64,000 nucleotides of DNA from Thermoplasmatales archaeon (GCA_020350825.1 CP070724.1:2012848-2076847), one strand, 5' to 3'. Positions 20,069-31,274 are shown, counted from the first letter of the stretch. Program-made: numbers and translations. Notes: a model not told the origin generated them from the sequence alone.

Positions 20069-20317
20069 TAAACAACTAATATAATCATCGTGATTAAGAG
20101 AAAATATGCTTTTCCAAATTGACATCATTTCCTTACTGACCTCCCCGGATTAAATTGTGTCACTTGTACACAATCAATTGATATTTGTAATATTATGGAA
20201 AATGTATCAGCTCCATTTTCCAACAAATTATGCAACACATTATGGGTATTTATACTTTTCCCATTTTCCCATTAACCCCATAAAACTAAATATTAGTGTA
20301 CACATTATAATTTGTAG

Positions 20318-20515
20318 ATGGAAAAATTACTTGGTAAACCCCGACAAATAGACAGTAGAAACAGGGTAACACTTCCTCCTGAAGTTTTGAAACTCTTAAA
20401 CTTAAAACCAAAAGATGAAGTATTCTTTAAGGTTAAGGGGGGGAAAATAATAATGGGTAAAGCCCTGATAAAATACGAGCTTATTGATGAGATCATAGGT
20501 ATTAAAAAAGAATAG
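20318..20515 (+). CDS. AbrB/SpoVT/MazE-family swapped-hairpin DNA-binding protein (antitoxin-like), orphan
   Basis: IDSRNRVTLPPEVLKLLNLKPKDEVFFKVKGGKIIM matches the SpoVT-AbrB domain consensus. Confidence 0.6.
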   Translation: MEKLLGKPRQIDSRNRVTLPPEVLKLLNLKPKDEVFFKVKGGKIIMGKALIKYELIDEIIGIKKE

Positions 20516-20517
20516 GT

Positions 20518-20766
20518 TTACATACCTAGTTCTTCTTTTATTTGTTGTGCTCTCCGGTTTTTTACATACCAGAGAGTTGTTTTCATATGTTCGATAACAT
20601 CATCAAGGCTTTTATCTTGATCTTTGAACTCTTGCAATAAAATAATTTCGTACTCAATATATTTTTCTATTACGTCTTTTCTATGTTTCTCAAGTTGAGG
20701 ATCAGTTTCCTTAAAATCAATAATACTATACGATTCTTTTTCCTTCATTATATATCCCTCCCTCAT
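20518..20766 (-). CDS. hypothetical small acidic protein
   Basis: 82-aa ORF convergent with the AbrB-like gene. No motif. Confidence 0.3.
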   Translation of the reverse strand: MREGYIMKEKESYSIIDFKETDPQLEKHRKDVIEKYIEYEIILLQEFKDQDKSLDDVIEHMKTTLWYVKNRRAQQIKEELGM

Positions 20767-21125
20767 GTCAATTTGACAAATATTAACAGGGATTAATAAT
20801 ACTCTTATTATTATTTAAAGCCATATTTACTAATTTCCCTACAAAAAACCAAAATAAAGTAACATTTTTTACGTTTGTAGGATTTTAAACAACAGCAAAT
20901 ATATTCTTAATAACAGATATATATTGGACAGTGGTTATACACTTTTAGTATGAATATGCATCCATTTCTTTATAAATCCTTTTTTTCACTTACTCAATTT
21001 AATAGTAAAACTATGTCTCAGCTATTTGAACGAATGAAGTGTAGTGGAAATGAAGGGTAGTGGTTTCATTTTATCTACTGGGCTTACAATGTATTCAAAA
21101 ATGATGTGAGGTTGAAACATATAAG

Positions 21126-22292
21126 CTATTTACTTTTATTTTTTTTAGAACTCTTTTTTAATTTTTTATCGACCTGGGATTTAATATCGTATACTCCTTC
21201 AAACCACTTATCTTCCATTTGCTCTTCAATCTCTCCAGTTAACTCATTTATCTTGTACTTCATATGATCTTTTCCTTTAAACCACTCATATTCGTCCTTT
21301 TTATGGTTGGATATGACCTTCTCTGTTTCTTCCTCCACTACATATTTTATTTCCTTCTTTTTTTCTGATCTTTGAATTCTTATCTCTTCTACTCGAGGTT
21401 CTTTTTCCGACAATGGCAATTTTTCTTTAGCTTTTGCGTCTGAAGGTGTCTTTATTTGATTAGTCTTGTTAGTAATATTTTCTTTTTTATTTTTAATGCT
21501 TTTCTCAGGAGAATCTGCTTTAATTTCAATTGTCGGTTTTGGTAATTCTTTTCTAAATCTTACAAATAATATCGCAAACATGAGGACAAGTACCGCTGCG
21601 ATAATTGGCGTTAAACTATCCATGAATATACTTTCCGGCACATTTTCTGCACGTATTGTAGTTGAGCCTACAAAATATCCTCCCTTAAAGGCATTAATAT
21701 TGATCTCGACATCATCAGTAACGTCTGGTGCTGTAAGATATGCTATGCCATTTGAACCGGTGGTATCTGAATCGCCTTCAGATCCATCTATATCCAAATA
21801 TACAGTGGAGCCCTCCACCCTATTGCTATTCTGATCCCAAACAATCACACAAAAGCTCTCTTTCTCCTTAACTGTTCCACGATCTGTTGTTACCGATAAT
21901 TCTCCCTTTAAAACCTTAATTTCTTGTTCAGCAGAAGTGTATCCATCTTTTAATGCAGTTATAACAAACTCAGGATATTCTTCAAAATCTGGTGTTTCTA
22001 TGGTTATCCATGGTGATTCCTCACTAGTTATACACGGGACTTCCCAAGGTACACTTACAGTTACATTATAGACATATCCATATTGATTTTCACAGCCTAT
22101 TGCTATGTCATATTTTTTACCCTCTAAAAATATATTTTCTTCTATTGGAAGACATGTTTCTGAATTGTGGATGACAATAAAAAGCGTATTTTCTTCTTGG
22201 GCTAAGGCATTTAATGAAAATAGAACACTAGTTAATAGTAATATTAAAATTGAAAACGCAAAACAAATTTGAAATTTTTGATGCTTTTCTAT
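21126..22292 (-). CDS. secreted, single-pass membrane-anchored protein with a K/E-rich cytoplasmic tail; start codon uncertain
   Basis: The open frame continues upstream of the track start (a GTG) through signal-peptide-like KHQKFQICFAFSILILLLTSVLFSLNALA-QEE. There is no in-frame ATG/GTG/TTG before the stop at 22311-22313. An SD-like aggtggtgg lies just upstream of ATA 22292. TM helix PIIAAVLVLMFAILFV. Confidence 0.45.
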   Translation of the reverse strand: MEKHQKFQICFAFSILILLLTSVLFSLNALAQEENTLFIVIHNSETCLPIEENIFLEGKKYDIAIGCENQYGYVYNVTVSVPWEVPCITSEESPWITIETPDFEEYPEFVITALKDGYTSAEQEIKVLKGELSVTTDRGTVKEKESFCVIVWDQNSNRVEGSTVYLDIDGSEGDSDTTGSNGIAYLTAPDVTDDVEININAFKGGYFVGSTTIRAENVPESIFMDSLTPIIAAVLVLMFAILFVRFRKELPKPTIEIKADSPEKSIKNKKENITNKTNQIKTPSDAKAKEKLPLSEKEPRVEEIRIQRSEKKKEIKYVVEEETEKVISNHKKDEYEWFKGKDHMKYKINELTGEIEEQMEDKWFEGVYDIKSQVDKKLKKSSKKNKSK

Positions 22293-22518
22293 CTTAATCC
22301 ACCACCTTTTTTAGTGTATAATCAGATATTTCTCCATATAATACAGAAATATTTCTTATTATATTATTTTGGCAAAGTTTTTCGCAAATTTCATTTCTGT
22401 TTGCTACCCTCATATAGCCTCACTAAATCTTACATGTTATACTCTGTTATTTATAATATATAAAGATTACGTGTAAAAATGTCAAAATTACCTTATGCCT
22501 AACTTAAAATGAGAGAGG

Positions 22519-23577
22519 TTATGTTTCAGCAAGACGTTGTTTTAATTCTGTTATAATATCTACAGGTGTTGGATCAATATTTCTTAAAAAGGCAAGATAA
22601 CAACTAAGAAAATCTCCTAAACACATTATATACATTATTTTTGCCAGTCTACTTCTTCCTTTTGGATATATTTCAATAACGTTTGCAACAGAATCTTCAA
22701 AAAGACTTATCATAAAGTTAAGACGGGTTGATATGTTCAGAGATTCATTGTCCTTGTCTCTAAACAAAATACAAGAAAAATTTTTTGATACATCCGGATT
22801 TGAAGACCAGCCAACTATATCATTATGATTACTTTCAGACACGACATCTTCCCTTGCAATGGCTTTACTATTTTCATTGAATTGCTGGCGCCATCTTGTT
22901 GCAATGGGATAATACACTCCCCAGCCATATATTTGAGGTATGGTATTGTATATCTTTTTTGCAATCTGTTTTGAAAGATTATTTTCTTTGACAACTGATT
23001 TTTTATTATTATCTATAAGATCTTGTATTACGGCAATGGTTTCCTCGATATCTGATTCAATATTATTTTTCAAAAGACCAGTTCTTTTAAGAATCCATAT
23101 CAATACAAATAATGGATATGCTATTGCAGCTCTCGGCTGAAAGCCAGAGGGTATCTTTATGTGAGCGATTCCTCTTTTTTCCGACATTTCTTGTAATTTT
23201 CCACCAGATGATATACTCACTATTTTACATTTTTTCTGACTTGCAATTTTAAATGAGCTCAATGTCTCTTCAGTATTCCCAGAGTAGCTAAAAAATATTG
23301 TCAGTGTATCCTTTTTTGCCCATTTTGGCAGATCATATTCTCTGTTAATATATATTGGGACATCTATTTTATCTCTAAATAAACTAGCTACAATATCTCC
23401 AGAAATTCCTGAGGCTCCCATACCAGTTATTATTACATTGTCAATCTTGATGAAATCATCTATCTTAGCATTCTTTGCTATTTCAATGGCTTCTTTAATC
23501 TGTCTGGGAAATTGAGCAATTGTTTCCAACATATTTGATTTATCTATTTCTGAAATTTTTTCAAGATCATCTAACAT
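22519..23577 (-). CDS. bifunctional phosphoglucose/phosphomannose isomerase (archaeal SIS-domain PGI/PMI)
   Basis: SIS domain with GMGASGISGDI...FSYSGNTEET. Length and organisation match the archaeal PGI/PMI family. Confidence 0.6.
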   Translation of the reverse strand: MLDDLEKISEIDKSNMLETIAQFPRQIKEAIEIAKNAKIDDFIKIDNVIITGMGASGISGDIVASLFRDKIDVPIYINREYDLPKWAKKDTLTIFFSYSGNTEETLSSFKIASQKKCKIVSISSGGKLQEMSEKRGIAHIKIPSGFQPRAAIAYPLFVLIWILKRTGLLKNNIESDIEETIAVIQDLIDNNKKSVVKENNLSKQIAKKIYNTIPQIYGWGVYYPIATRWRQQFNENSKAIAREDVVSESNHNDIVGWSSNPDVSKNFSCILFRDKDNESLNISTRLNFMISLFEDSVANVIEIYPKGRSRLAKIMYIMCLGDFLSCYLAFLRNIDPTPVDIITELKQRLAET

Positions 23578-23715
23578 ATTTTACGTCATCTCATATCTTT
23601 AATTTGAAAAGACAAGGGAAATCATTATTGATATTCAAAAATATTTCTATATTGAAAAAATACTAATTCAACTTGGAAAGAGAATTTAAAAACATTCTTT
23701 ATTACATTATTTCAA

Positions 23716-24729
23716 ATGCAATATGTCAAGGGAGATATACTAACCCATGATGGTTTTAAAAAGGGCTATTTGGGTTTTGAAAAGAATAGGTTAATCGACT
23801 TGAGAAGTGGATCACCCCCTGAAAAACCATTAGCCAAAGGACTTATCGTTCCAACTTTTGTAAATTCTCATACCCACGTAGGTGATTCGTTTATTAAAAA
23901 GAAAAAAATTAAATTACCGAGAAATGTAGAGGATCTTGTTGCACCACCCAATGGATTGAAACATAGATTATTGGAGAAAGCATCTGAAGAAGAGATAATA
24001 GATGGGATGAAAACCTCTATCGATGAGATGATGGGGACGGGCACTTCTTATTTTTGCGATTTTAGAGAAGATGGTATCAACGGAGTTTATCTTCTAAGTA
24101 ATGCTTTAAAAAATAGAAAAATTGGTTCCATTATTTTATCAAGACCTCAACAAATGAGTTATGATAAAAATGAAGTGGAACTGCTTTTAAAAAACTCTTT
24201 TGGTATTGGTCTCAGTAGTATTTCTGATTGGGAGTATTCAGAAATCGAAAAGATCGCGAGACATGCTAAACAGGGAAAGAAAATATTTGCTTTGCATGCT
24301 AGTGAAGTTGTAAGGGAAGATATCGACCTTATTTTGGATCTTAAACCGGATTTTCTAGTTCATATGGTTTTAGCTACAGAATCAGATCTCACTCGTGTTA
24401 AAGACGAAAATATATCGGTCGTAATCTGTCCTCGCTCTAATGCATTTTTTAATCTGAAAATGAATCTAAAACTAATGAAAAAAACAAAGGTTGATTTGAT
24501 GCTTGGTACAGATAATGCCATGTTAAATATTCCTAATGTTTTGAAAGAACTTAGATATCTACGAAATTCAACTACGGTTTTTTCCACTCAGGAACTACTT
24601 AATATGATAACATATACTCCAAGGAAAGCTTTAAATTTGGATGACTGTATTCATGGTCCCAACTCATCGGGTAACTTTGTAGTTTTGGATAGAAAATCTC
24701 TAAAATCAGTATATATCTCAAATAAATAA
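23716..24729 (+). CDS. metal-dependent amidohydrolase family protein
   Basis: N-terminal metal-binding VNSHTHVGD (HxH). About 340 aa TIM-barrel hydrolase pattern. Confidence 0.55.
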   Translation: MQYVKGDILTHDGFKKGYLGFEKNRLIDLRSGSPPEKPLAKGLIVPTFVNSHTHVGDSFIKKKKIKLPRNVEDLVAPPNGLKHRLLEKASEEEIIDGMKTSIDEMMGTGTSYFCDFREDGINGVYLLSNALKNRKIGSIILSRPQQMSYDKNEVELLLKNSFGIGLSSISDWEYSEIEKIARHAKQGKKIFALHASEVVREDIDLILDLKPDFLVHMVLATESDLTRVKDENISVVICPRSNAFFNLKMNLKLMKKTKVDLMLGTDNAMLNIPNVLKELRYLRNSTTVFSTQELLNMITYTPRKALNLDDCIHGPNSSGNFVVLDRKSLKSVYISNK

Positions 24730-24739
24730 GAGGTGAAAC

Positions 24740-25588
24740 ATGAAAGTAAAAGATGTAATGTCAAAAGAATTAATTGTTGGATATTTACCAGGTACAATTA
24801 AGGATGCTCTGAAAATTCTAGCAAAACACGATGTTTCTGGTATGCCTATCTTAAAAAAAGATACCAAAAAAGTTGTAGGCGTTGTAACGAGAAATGATAT
24901 ATTTAAAAATCCTGATGAGGAGCAACTTGCTCTGATAATGAGTGAGGATCTCAGTATTATTAACAAAGACAAAGATGTAGTGGATGCTGCAAAGTTATTA
25001 TATGAAAAAAGAGTGCATGGTCTACCGGTTGTTGACAAAAGAAAAAATCTTGTTGGTATAATAAGTCCAACAGATATTCTAAAAACCTTGCCAGATGAAT
25101 ATAAAGACGTTGTTGAGAATTACTATACCTCTAATCTCACTCCAGTTTACCAAGATAATCCTATAACAATAATTATGGAAATTATCAATATTACAAACGA
25201 AACAGCTCTCCCTGTTTTAAACGAAGAAAGGACACTTGTTGGTATTGTGAGTGAGGGAGATTTGTTTAAACTCAGTCACATTCGTGAAAGTATATCTCGT
25301 ACTGACATGGGAATGGGTGGAGATGAAGACGTTTGGACTTGGGAAGGAATAAGGGATACGGTAAGACTGTATTATTCTACAACAACTGTTGACTTACCTC
25401 CCGTTCCAGTAAAAGAAGTAATGATTACAGATGTTATTAAAGCATATAGAAACGATCCAATTTCTGAGATCGCTAGAAAAATGTACAAGAATCATATTAG
25501 TCATGTCCCTATAGTAAATTCAGAAAACAGACTGGTAGGCATGGTTACAGATATTGATCTTATGTCATGTATGTTTAAACCCTGTTAA
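24740..25588 (+). CDS. CBS-domain protein (four CBS repeats)
   Basis: Repeated CBS signatures (GMPIL, GLPVVD, LPVLN, HVPIVN). Confidence 0.7.
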   Translation: MKVKDVMSKELIVGYLPGTIKDALKILAKHDVSGMPILKKDTKKVVGVVTRNDIFKNPDEEQLALIMSEDLSIINKDKDVVDAAKLLYEKRVHGLPVVDKRKNLVGIISPTDILKTLPDEYKDVVENYYTSNLTPVYQDNPITIIMEIINITNETALPVLNEERTLVGIVSEGDLFKLSHIRESISRTDMGMGGDEDVWTWEGIRDTVRLYYSTTTVDLPPVPVKEVMITDVIKAYRNDPISEIARKMYKNHISHVPIVNSENRLVGMVTDIDLMSCMFKPC

Positions 25589-25619
25589 TTAATTCTTGGA
25601 GATGTGAGTCAGGAGAATT

Positions 25620-27278
25620 TTGCTGATGCCTCAAGACATCTATGATAAAATTATGATGCTAGCTAAGAGGAGAGGATATATTTATCCTTCCTTTGAAATC
25701 TACGGTGGTGTAGCCGGTTTTTATGATTATGGGCCATTAGGTTCTCAATTAAAAAACAATGTTGAGGACCTCTGGAGAAAATTTTTTCTTTTGAAAGATA
25801 ATTGTATAGAAATAAACACTCCAACAATCAACCTCTATGACGTTCTGAAAGCTTCTGGCCATGTTGAAGAGTTTACCGATCTTACAGTTGATTGTGAAAA
25901 ATGCAATAAATCATACAAAGTTGAAGATATTATCGATGATAATATCTCTGTTGAACAAGCATCAAAAAAAGATAAAATAAAATGTCCAACTTGTGGTAAG
26001 AAATTAAAGGATGCTCATCCTGTTAATCTCATGTTTTCAACAACTATTGGGACTGGCGAAGGAAGAGCTGCATTTTTGCGTCCGGAAACTGCCCAAGGCA
26101 TTTTTACAAATTTTCATTTGCTTTATAGATATAATCGGGAGCGACTTCCTTTTGGCGTTATCCAGGTTGGTAAAGGATACAGAAATGAAATATCTCCCCG
26201 ACAAGGTATGTTAAGACTGCGAGAATTTTCTATGGCTGAAGCTGAGGTTTTTTTTGATCCAGAAGATAAAAAACACCATAATTTTAATAGTGTAAAAGAT
26301 AAGAAGTTGTTTCTTTTTGATAATGAAAAAGAATTCAAGATATCATTGAAAGAAGCGGTTGATAAAAAAATAATCAATAATCAGGCTCTTGCTTATTATA
26401 TGTATCTTACTCAGGATTTTTTACTATCGGCAGGTGTTGATTCTAAGAAATTTAGATTTAGAAAACATGGATCAGGTGAACTTGCACATTATGCAACTGA
26501 ATGCTGGGACGCAGAACTTTATAGCATGCGATTTGGATGGATAGAGTGTGTAGGTATCGCAGATAGATCTGCCTATGATCTTAATGCACATATCGATTCT
26601 ACAAATGTAGATATGTATGCAATGAAAAAATTTGCCAAACCTAAGGTAGTAAAAGTAAAGAAAATAGTGCCAAAAATGAATGTAATGGGACCACTTTTTA
26701 AGGATAAAGCAGGAAAGATTAAAGATTTATTAGAAAAAATAGATGTAAAAGATACAAAAAAGATATCTGTTGAGGTAGACGGCGAAACCGTAGAGATACC
26801 TGAAAAATGTTATGAAATTGTAGAAACGAAGGAAAAGATGATGGGTGAAAAATTCGTACCCCATGTTATAGAACCGTCTTTTGGGATTGATAGAGTAATA
26901 TACTTCCTTCTTGAACATAATTATGCTGAAATTAAGAAAAAAGGAGAGGAATATAGAATTCTTAAACTGACTCCTCAAATGGCTCCTATTAAGTTAGGTG
27001 TATTTCCTTTGATTGGAGATAATAAACTTGTCGATATTGCCAAAGATATTGATAAGAATCTAAGAAATGCAGGAGTTGAAACCTATTATGATGAAGGTGG
27101 AACTATTGGAAGAAGATATGCAAGAATGGACGAAATAGGTACACCATTTTGCGTTACCGTTGATCATGATACATTAGAGGATAATTCAGTAACAGTTCGT
27201 GATCGTGATACTACACAACAAGAGCGAATGAAACTAGTACAACTTGTCTCCTATTTTCAAAAAAGACTTGAATTATAA
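25620..27278 (+). CDS. glyS: glycine--tRNA ligase, archaeal/eukaryotic-type class II
   Basis: PSFEIYGGVAGFYDYGPLG N-terminal motif, class II motifs and a Zn-ribbon insertion CEKC...CPTCG. Confidence 0.9.
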   Translation: MLMPQDIYDKIMMLAKRRGYIYPSFEIYGGVAGFYDYGPLGSQLKNNVEDLWRKFFLLKDNCIEINTPTINLYDVLKASGHVEEFTDLTVDCEKCNKSYKVEDIIDDNISVEQASKKDKIKCPTCGKKLKDAHPVNLMFSTTIGTGEGRAAFLRPETAQGIFTNFHLLYRYNRERLPFGVIQVGKGYRNEISPRQGMLRLREFSMAEAEVFFDPEDKKHHNFNSVKDKKLFLFDNEKEFKISLKEAVDKKIINNQALAYYMYLTQDFLLSAGVDSKKFRFRKHGSGELAHYATECWDAELYSMRFGWIECVGIADRSAYDLNAHIDSTNVDMYAMKKFAKPKVVKVKKIVPKMNVMGPLFKDKAGKIKDLLEKIDVKDTKKISVEVDGETVEIPEKCYEIVETKEKMMGEKFVPHVIEPSFGIDRVIYFLLEHNYAEIKKKGEEYRILKLTPQMAPIKLGVFPLIGDNKLVDIAKDIDKNLRNAGVETYYDEGGTIGRRYARMDEIGTPFCVTVDHDTLEDNSVTVRDRDTTQQERMKLVQLVSYFQKRLEL

Positions 27279-27289
27279 ATAAAATTAGT

Positions 27290-29719
27290 TTACATTATTA
27301 CAAAGGGGCCTAGTATAAAGGCAGTTGCTGTTTGTTCTGCTTTCTCCGCAGTTACAATAATTTTAACGTTGCCAAGACCAAATATTAAACCCGATTTCAC
27401 TGTTTTTTCTCCTCCTGCAGGAATATCGAGATTGTTACCAGATTTATTACCACCAAGTAATATGAAATCTCCACTGAGTTTGATATTCCACTGTACACCA
27501 GTTGCCTCAGCAGTTCCAGTGTTTTTGATAATTGCGTTTACTTTGAGTAATCCATTAGTGATGTCGCCTATTTCAATTATAGGCAACTTAATGTTTACCA
27601 TTAATGGTTCTGACCAGTTGCTTGACCCACCATAAATATCCCTAGCTTTTACTCGTATCTCGTAATCTCCTGGCTCAGTCCATGAATGAGATGCTTCACA
27701 AGTTGCTCCAGAGTTATATGGCCCTATCCATCCGCTATGTGTCCCATCACCCCAATCCCACATATAGGATACTTGATCTCCATCAGGATCTGTTGTATCG
27801 GTAGTATATGTATATTGTTCTCCTGGCTTTTCACTTGGTTTTCTAGGTGTTTCTGGCGGGTCATTTACACCTGTCTCATAAAAACTAAGACTTGGGTCAC
27901 CAAATAAGTTTGTTTCATAGTAAACCCAACGTATACATGATCGACCGATGATATGGAGGTTATCCTCTTTGGAATCATGATTGGCTTTGCCAATTACGGG
28001 AATATTTTCGCCAAATACTGCATCCCAAAACTGCCTGTGAAATCGTTGTGAATCACCATCCGTGCTATATGACCAGAACCAACCATATCGCGCATTCATG
28101 ATTACTGCAAAAGCACCATGATCTGTTTTTACAGTGAAATATTCAGCAATACAATCATCGTAATCAAAGCCGCCTGCCATACAGCCCTGTGAGTATACAA
28201 AGCAGAGTTTATTATTTGAAAGTGTATTAACGTCGTAATTTTCCATTTTCATATCGTATTCATAATATGCATGTCCCAGGTGATTTATTATATGGACTCC
28301 ATTATTTATTACGGTCATGATTTCTGATGTTGGCCAATAGTTACCAGGCCAATCACGATCGTATAATGTTGTGATATTATATTCATTAGATGGTATACCT
28401 ATAGTAGTATATCCATCATCAGTTGAACCGTCAATTAGTTGGTCCATATAATTTCCACCCCAAGTAGCAATACCATAATCACCCATATATTCTCCAGCGA
28501 AACAAGCATTAGACAAATACTCCAACTCAGGATCCTGATTGATATAAGTAACAGTTTTACTCACAAAATTATTCACATCATTCATATTATCAACACAAGC
28601 ACGACCAACATAAACTTCAGCTATTAAATCTACATCACCGCCACCTTCTCCATCAGTTGGTTCTCCCCATTTGTTGTCACCGTCATAGTTGTATGGTCCA
28701 TCTAAACATGCATAATAAAGATCAGAGGGCATATATTCCTCGTAAGGGGTAGTATTTTCATCCAATCCGTATACCCATAACCATGGATCAGGGATGATAT
28801 TATCATCACCTCCAATGAGTACATAGTCGATTTCCCAATTGATATATGCATCTCTTATGTAGTTACGGATGTCTTCAAGATTACTGCTGCCAATGTCAGC
28901 TAATGTTTTGATTACTGTATCAATGCCTGTTGCACCATGGGCTTGTTTTAATGGTTCAAAACCATCTTTTAATGAATCTGTCGTGATTATAAGGAGATCG
29001 TGGTCTTCATTTCTGGATGTGGGTTTTGCACTCTTTTCACGATATCTTTCAGAAATCTCAGGATTGTCAACTTTCTTCATTACCTCAATTTTATCCTTTT
29101 CCAATCCCCTAAACAAATCTACTGAATTATCATCAGATATTGTCTCAATTGAGACTTCCAGGTTTCTATAATAAAATAGCCCATCTGTTACGGGATTGTA
29201 TTGGATTGGATGTAGTAAAAGAACGAGTAGGTTGTATCCTCTAAACTTATAGGTTCCAACTTCAGTGTACAGGGTTCCAGGATAAAAGGCATTAGAATTA
29301 TAAATCGTTGCATCTGGAGTCGGTACTGAAGGGTATATCGCTTGTGAGATTGGAATCGGTTTACTTGTTGGTTCGATAGTAAATTCTGTTTCAAGGGCAA
29401 TTTTCTCACCGGATTTGATATATATGGCGCTTACCTTTGATTTTGGAGGCATCAAAACATATGCTCCCTTTGACGGTATCATGGGTTCTCCAGTGTTTCC
29501 TGCAGGTGAACAATCAGCAAGTAGCACCCTATTGTAAACAGTTCCCTCAATATCAATGGTTTCCATTACTGGCCTTTGAAATGAATAGGTTGTATGTATA
29601 GTATCATCTGTTGAAAAACTACTGGCTGGTGCGATGATAGATAGAGGCGCTAACAATAAAATCATTGTAATAAAATAAGGTTTTATATTACGAGTTATTG
29701 ATTTAATATTTTTATTCAT
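27290..29719 (-). CDS. secreted peptidase family C25 (gingipain-like) with C-terminal PKD domain
   Basis: Signal peptide. C25-like His/Cys contexts NHLGHAYYEY and VYSQGCMAGGFD. PKD motif DPDGDQVSYMWDWGDGT. Confidence 0.7.
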   Translation of the reverse strand: MNKNIKSITRNIKPYFITMILLLAPLSIIAPASSFSTDDTIHTTYSFQRPVMETIDIEGTVYNRVLLADCSPAGNTGEPMIPSKGAYVLMPPKSKVSAIYIKSGEKIALETEFTIEPTSKPIPISQAIYPSVPTPDATIYNSNAFYPGTLYTEVGTYKFRGYNLLVLLLHPIQYNPVTDGLFYYRNLEVSIETISDDNSVDLFRGLEKDKIEVMKKVDNPEISERYREKSAKPTSRNEDHDLLIITTDSLKDGFEPLKQAHGATGIDTVIKTLADIGSSNLEDIRNYIRDAYINWEIDYVLIGGDDNIIPDPWLWVYGLDENTTPYEEYMPSDLYYACLDGPYNYDGDNKWGEPTDGEGGGDVDLIAEVYVGRACVDNMNDVNNFVSKTVTYINQDPELEYLSNACFAGEYMGDYGIATWGGNYMDQLIDGSTDDGYTTIGIPSNEYNITTLYDRDWPGNYWPTSEIMTVINNGVHIINHLGHAYYEYDMKMENYDVNTLSNNKLCFVYSQGCMAGGFDYDDCIAEYFTVKTDHGAFAVIMNARYGWFWSYSTDGDSQRFHRQFWDAVFGENIPVIGKANHDSKEDNLHIIGRSCIRWVYYETNLFGDPSLSFYETGVNDPPETPRKPSEKPGEQYTYTTDTTDPDGDQVSYMWDWGDGTHSGWIGPYNSGATCEASHSWTEPGDYEIRVKARDIYGGSSNWSEPLMVNIKLPIIEIGDITNGLLKVNAIIKNTGTAEATGVQWNIKLSGDFILLGGNKSGNNLDIPAGGEKTVKSGLIFGLGNVKIIVTAEKAEQTATAFILGPFVIM

Positions 29720-29809
29720 ATCATGTCCCCTAAGTATTCATTACTAGTTTTCATCTTAAAAACTTATCGATTCTTATTATTTAAAAATATATTAATCTGG
29801 ACAAATAAT

Positions 29810-31126
29810 TTACATTTTAACCGCTTTGTCTAAGATAGTAAGGGCCTCATCAACCTCTTTTGAAGAAATAATAAGAGGTGGGCGAAATCGTATAGTGGTT
29901 GCACCACAACCTAAAACTATCAAGTCATTAGCATATAATATCTCTTTAATTTCATCTCGCTTTTCAGGAGTAGGAAGATCAAATGCACACATGAGCCCTC
30001 GTCCACGTGCATTATATATTTTATTAGGATATTTCTGCGCTAATTCTTCAAGACCTTCTAAGAGATGTTTTCCCTGTATCTCTGCGTTTTTGATGAGTCT
30101 TTCTTCCTCAATTATTTCAAGGTATTTCTGACATCGAACCATATCAATAAGATTTCCACCCCATGTTGAATTTAATCTGCTTGAAACAGCAAACACATTG
30201 TCTTCGATTTCATCAACTCTTTTTCCAACTATTATACCACAAACTTGTGTTTTCTTTCCGAACGCTATGATATCCGGTTCAAAATCGTAATGCTGATAAG
30301 CCCACATCTTCCCAGTTAGCCCTACACCACTTTGTATCTCATCAAGTATAAACATCATTTCATGTTCATTACAAAGCCTTCTTAGTTCTAAAAAGAACTC
30401 TTTTCGGAAATGATTGTCCCCGCCTTCCCCTTGTATAGGTTCTATAATGAGAGCGGCAATGTCATCTGGATTTTCACAAAGAGCTTGTTCTATCTCAGAT
30501 AGTGCTTGTTTTTCGAGTTCTTTCACGTTTTTGAGATTTTTTTCGGTGAGCGGGAATGTAATTTTTGGATTAATGATGCGGGGCCAATTAAACTTTGGAA
30601 AATATTTTATCTTATTGAAATTAAACGTATTTGTAAGTGATAGAGTATACCCTGTTCTTCCATGAAATGCTTCTTTGAAATGAATAATCTGTGTGCCAAG
30701 TTTGTCTCCATTTCCTTTCTCTATGTTTTTTCTCATTTTCCAATCAAATGCAGTTTTTAATCCGTTTTCTACTGCTAGTGCACCACCACTGACAAAGAAC
30801 AAATGTTGGAAATGATCTGGAACTGCGTATTTTTTAAAAGATTTAACAAACTCAGCCATTTCAGTAGTGTAAAGATCAGAATTAGTTGGTTTGTTTACTG
30901 CGAGTTCACCCATTTTTTTGATAAATTCGGATTTAGTAAGTTTAGGGTGATTGCATCCGAGAGGCAAAGTAGCAAAAAATGAGAAACAATCAAGCATATA
31001 TTTTCTTTTACTTGAGTCATAAATACGACAGCCTTTACTTTTTTTCAGATCTAAAACAAGATCAAGCCCATCAACTAACATGTATTTGGATAATGTTTTA
31101 TGGACATCTGCAGGTTGAATTGTCAA
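29810..31126 (-). CDS. lat: L-lysine 6-aminotransferase (lysine epsilon-aminotransferase), class III PLP aminotransferase
   Basis: Motif-by-motif match to LAT as I recall it: LVDGLDLVLDL, HLFFVSGGALAVENGLK, AFHGRTGYTLSLTN, IEPIQGEGGDNHFR, IAFGKKTQVCG, VSSRLNSTWGGNL, RGRGLMCAFDLP. Confidence 0.85.
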   Translation of the reverse strand: MTIQPADVHKTLSKYMLVDGLDLVLDLKKSKGCRIYDSSKRKYMLDCFSFFATLPLGCNHPKLTKSEFIKKMGELAVNKPTNSDLYTTEMAEFVKSFKKYAVPDHFQHLFFVSGGALAVENGLKTAFDWKMRKNIEKGNGDKLGTQIIHFKEAFHGRTGYTLSLTNTFNFNKIKYFPKFNWPRIINPKITFPLTEKNLKNVKELEKQALSEIEQALCENPDDIAALIIEPIQGEGGDNHFRKEFFLELRRLCNEHEMMFILDEIQSGVGLTGKMWAYQHYDFEPDIIAFGKKTQVCGIIVGKRVDEIEDNVFAVSSRLNSTWGGNLIDMVRCQKYLEIIEEERLIKNAEIQGKHLLEGLEELAQKYPNKIYNARGRGLMCAFDLPTPEKRDEIKEILYANDLIVLGCGATTIRFRPPLIISSKEVDEALTILDKAVKM

Positions 31127-31274
31127 GATCTTTTGCCCCCGTTAAAATTGACTATTGTATGTCAAAGCGGTAACTTTCGTGCTTATAAAATGGTATCGGT
31201 AGGTTTTTTCCTATTAATTAGTTAATTTAATGAGTCGAGTTTTTGGCTAGTAAATCGAAGGTAATCTGCTAATC

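Noticed and set aside
20518-20766. 82-aa ORF as the toxin partner of the AbrB-like antitoxin
   Set aside because: It is convergently oriented and acidic, with no PIN/MazF/RelE-like motif. Toxin-antitoxin pairs are co-directional.
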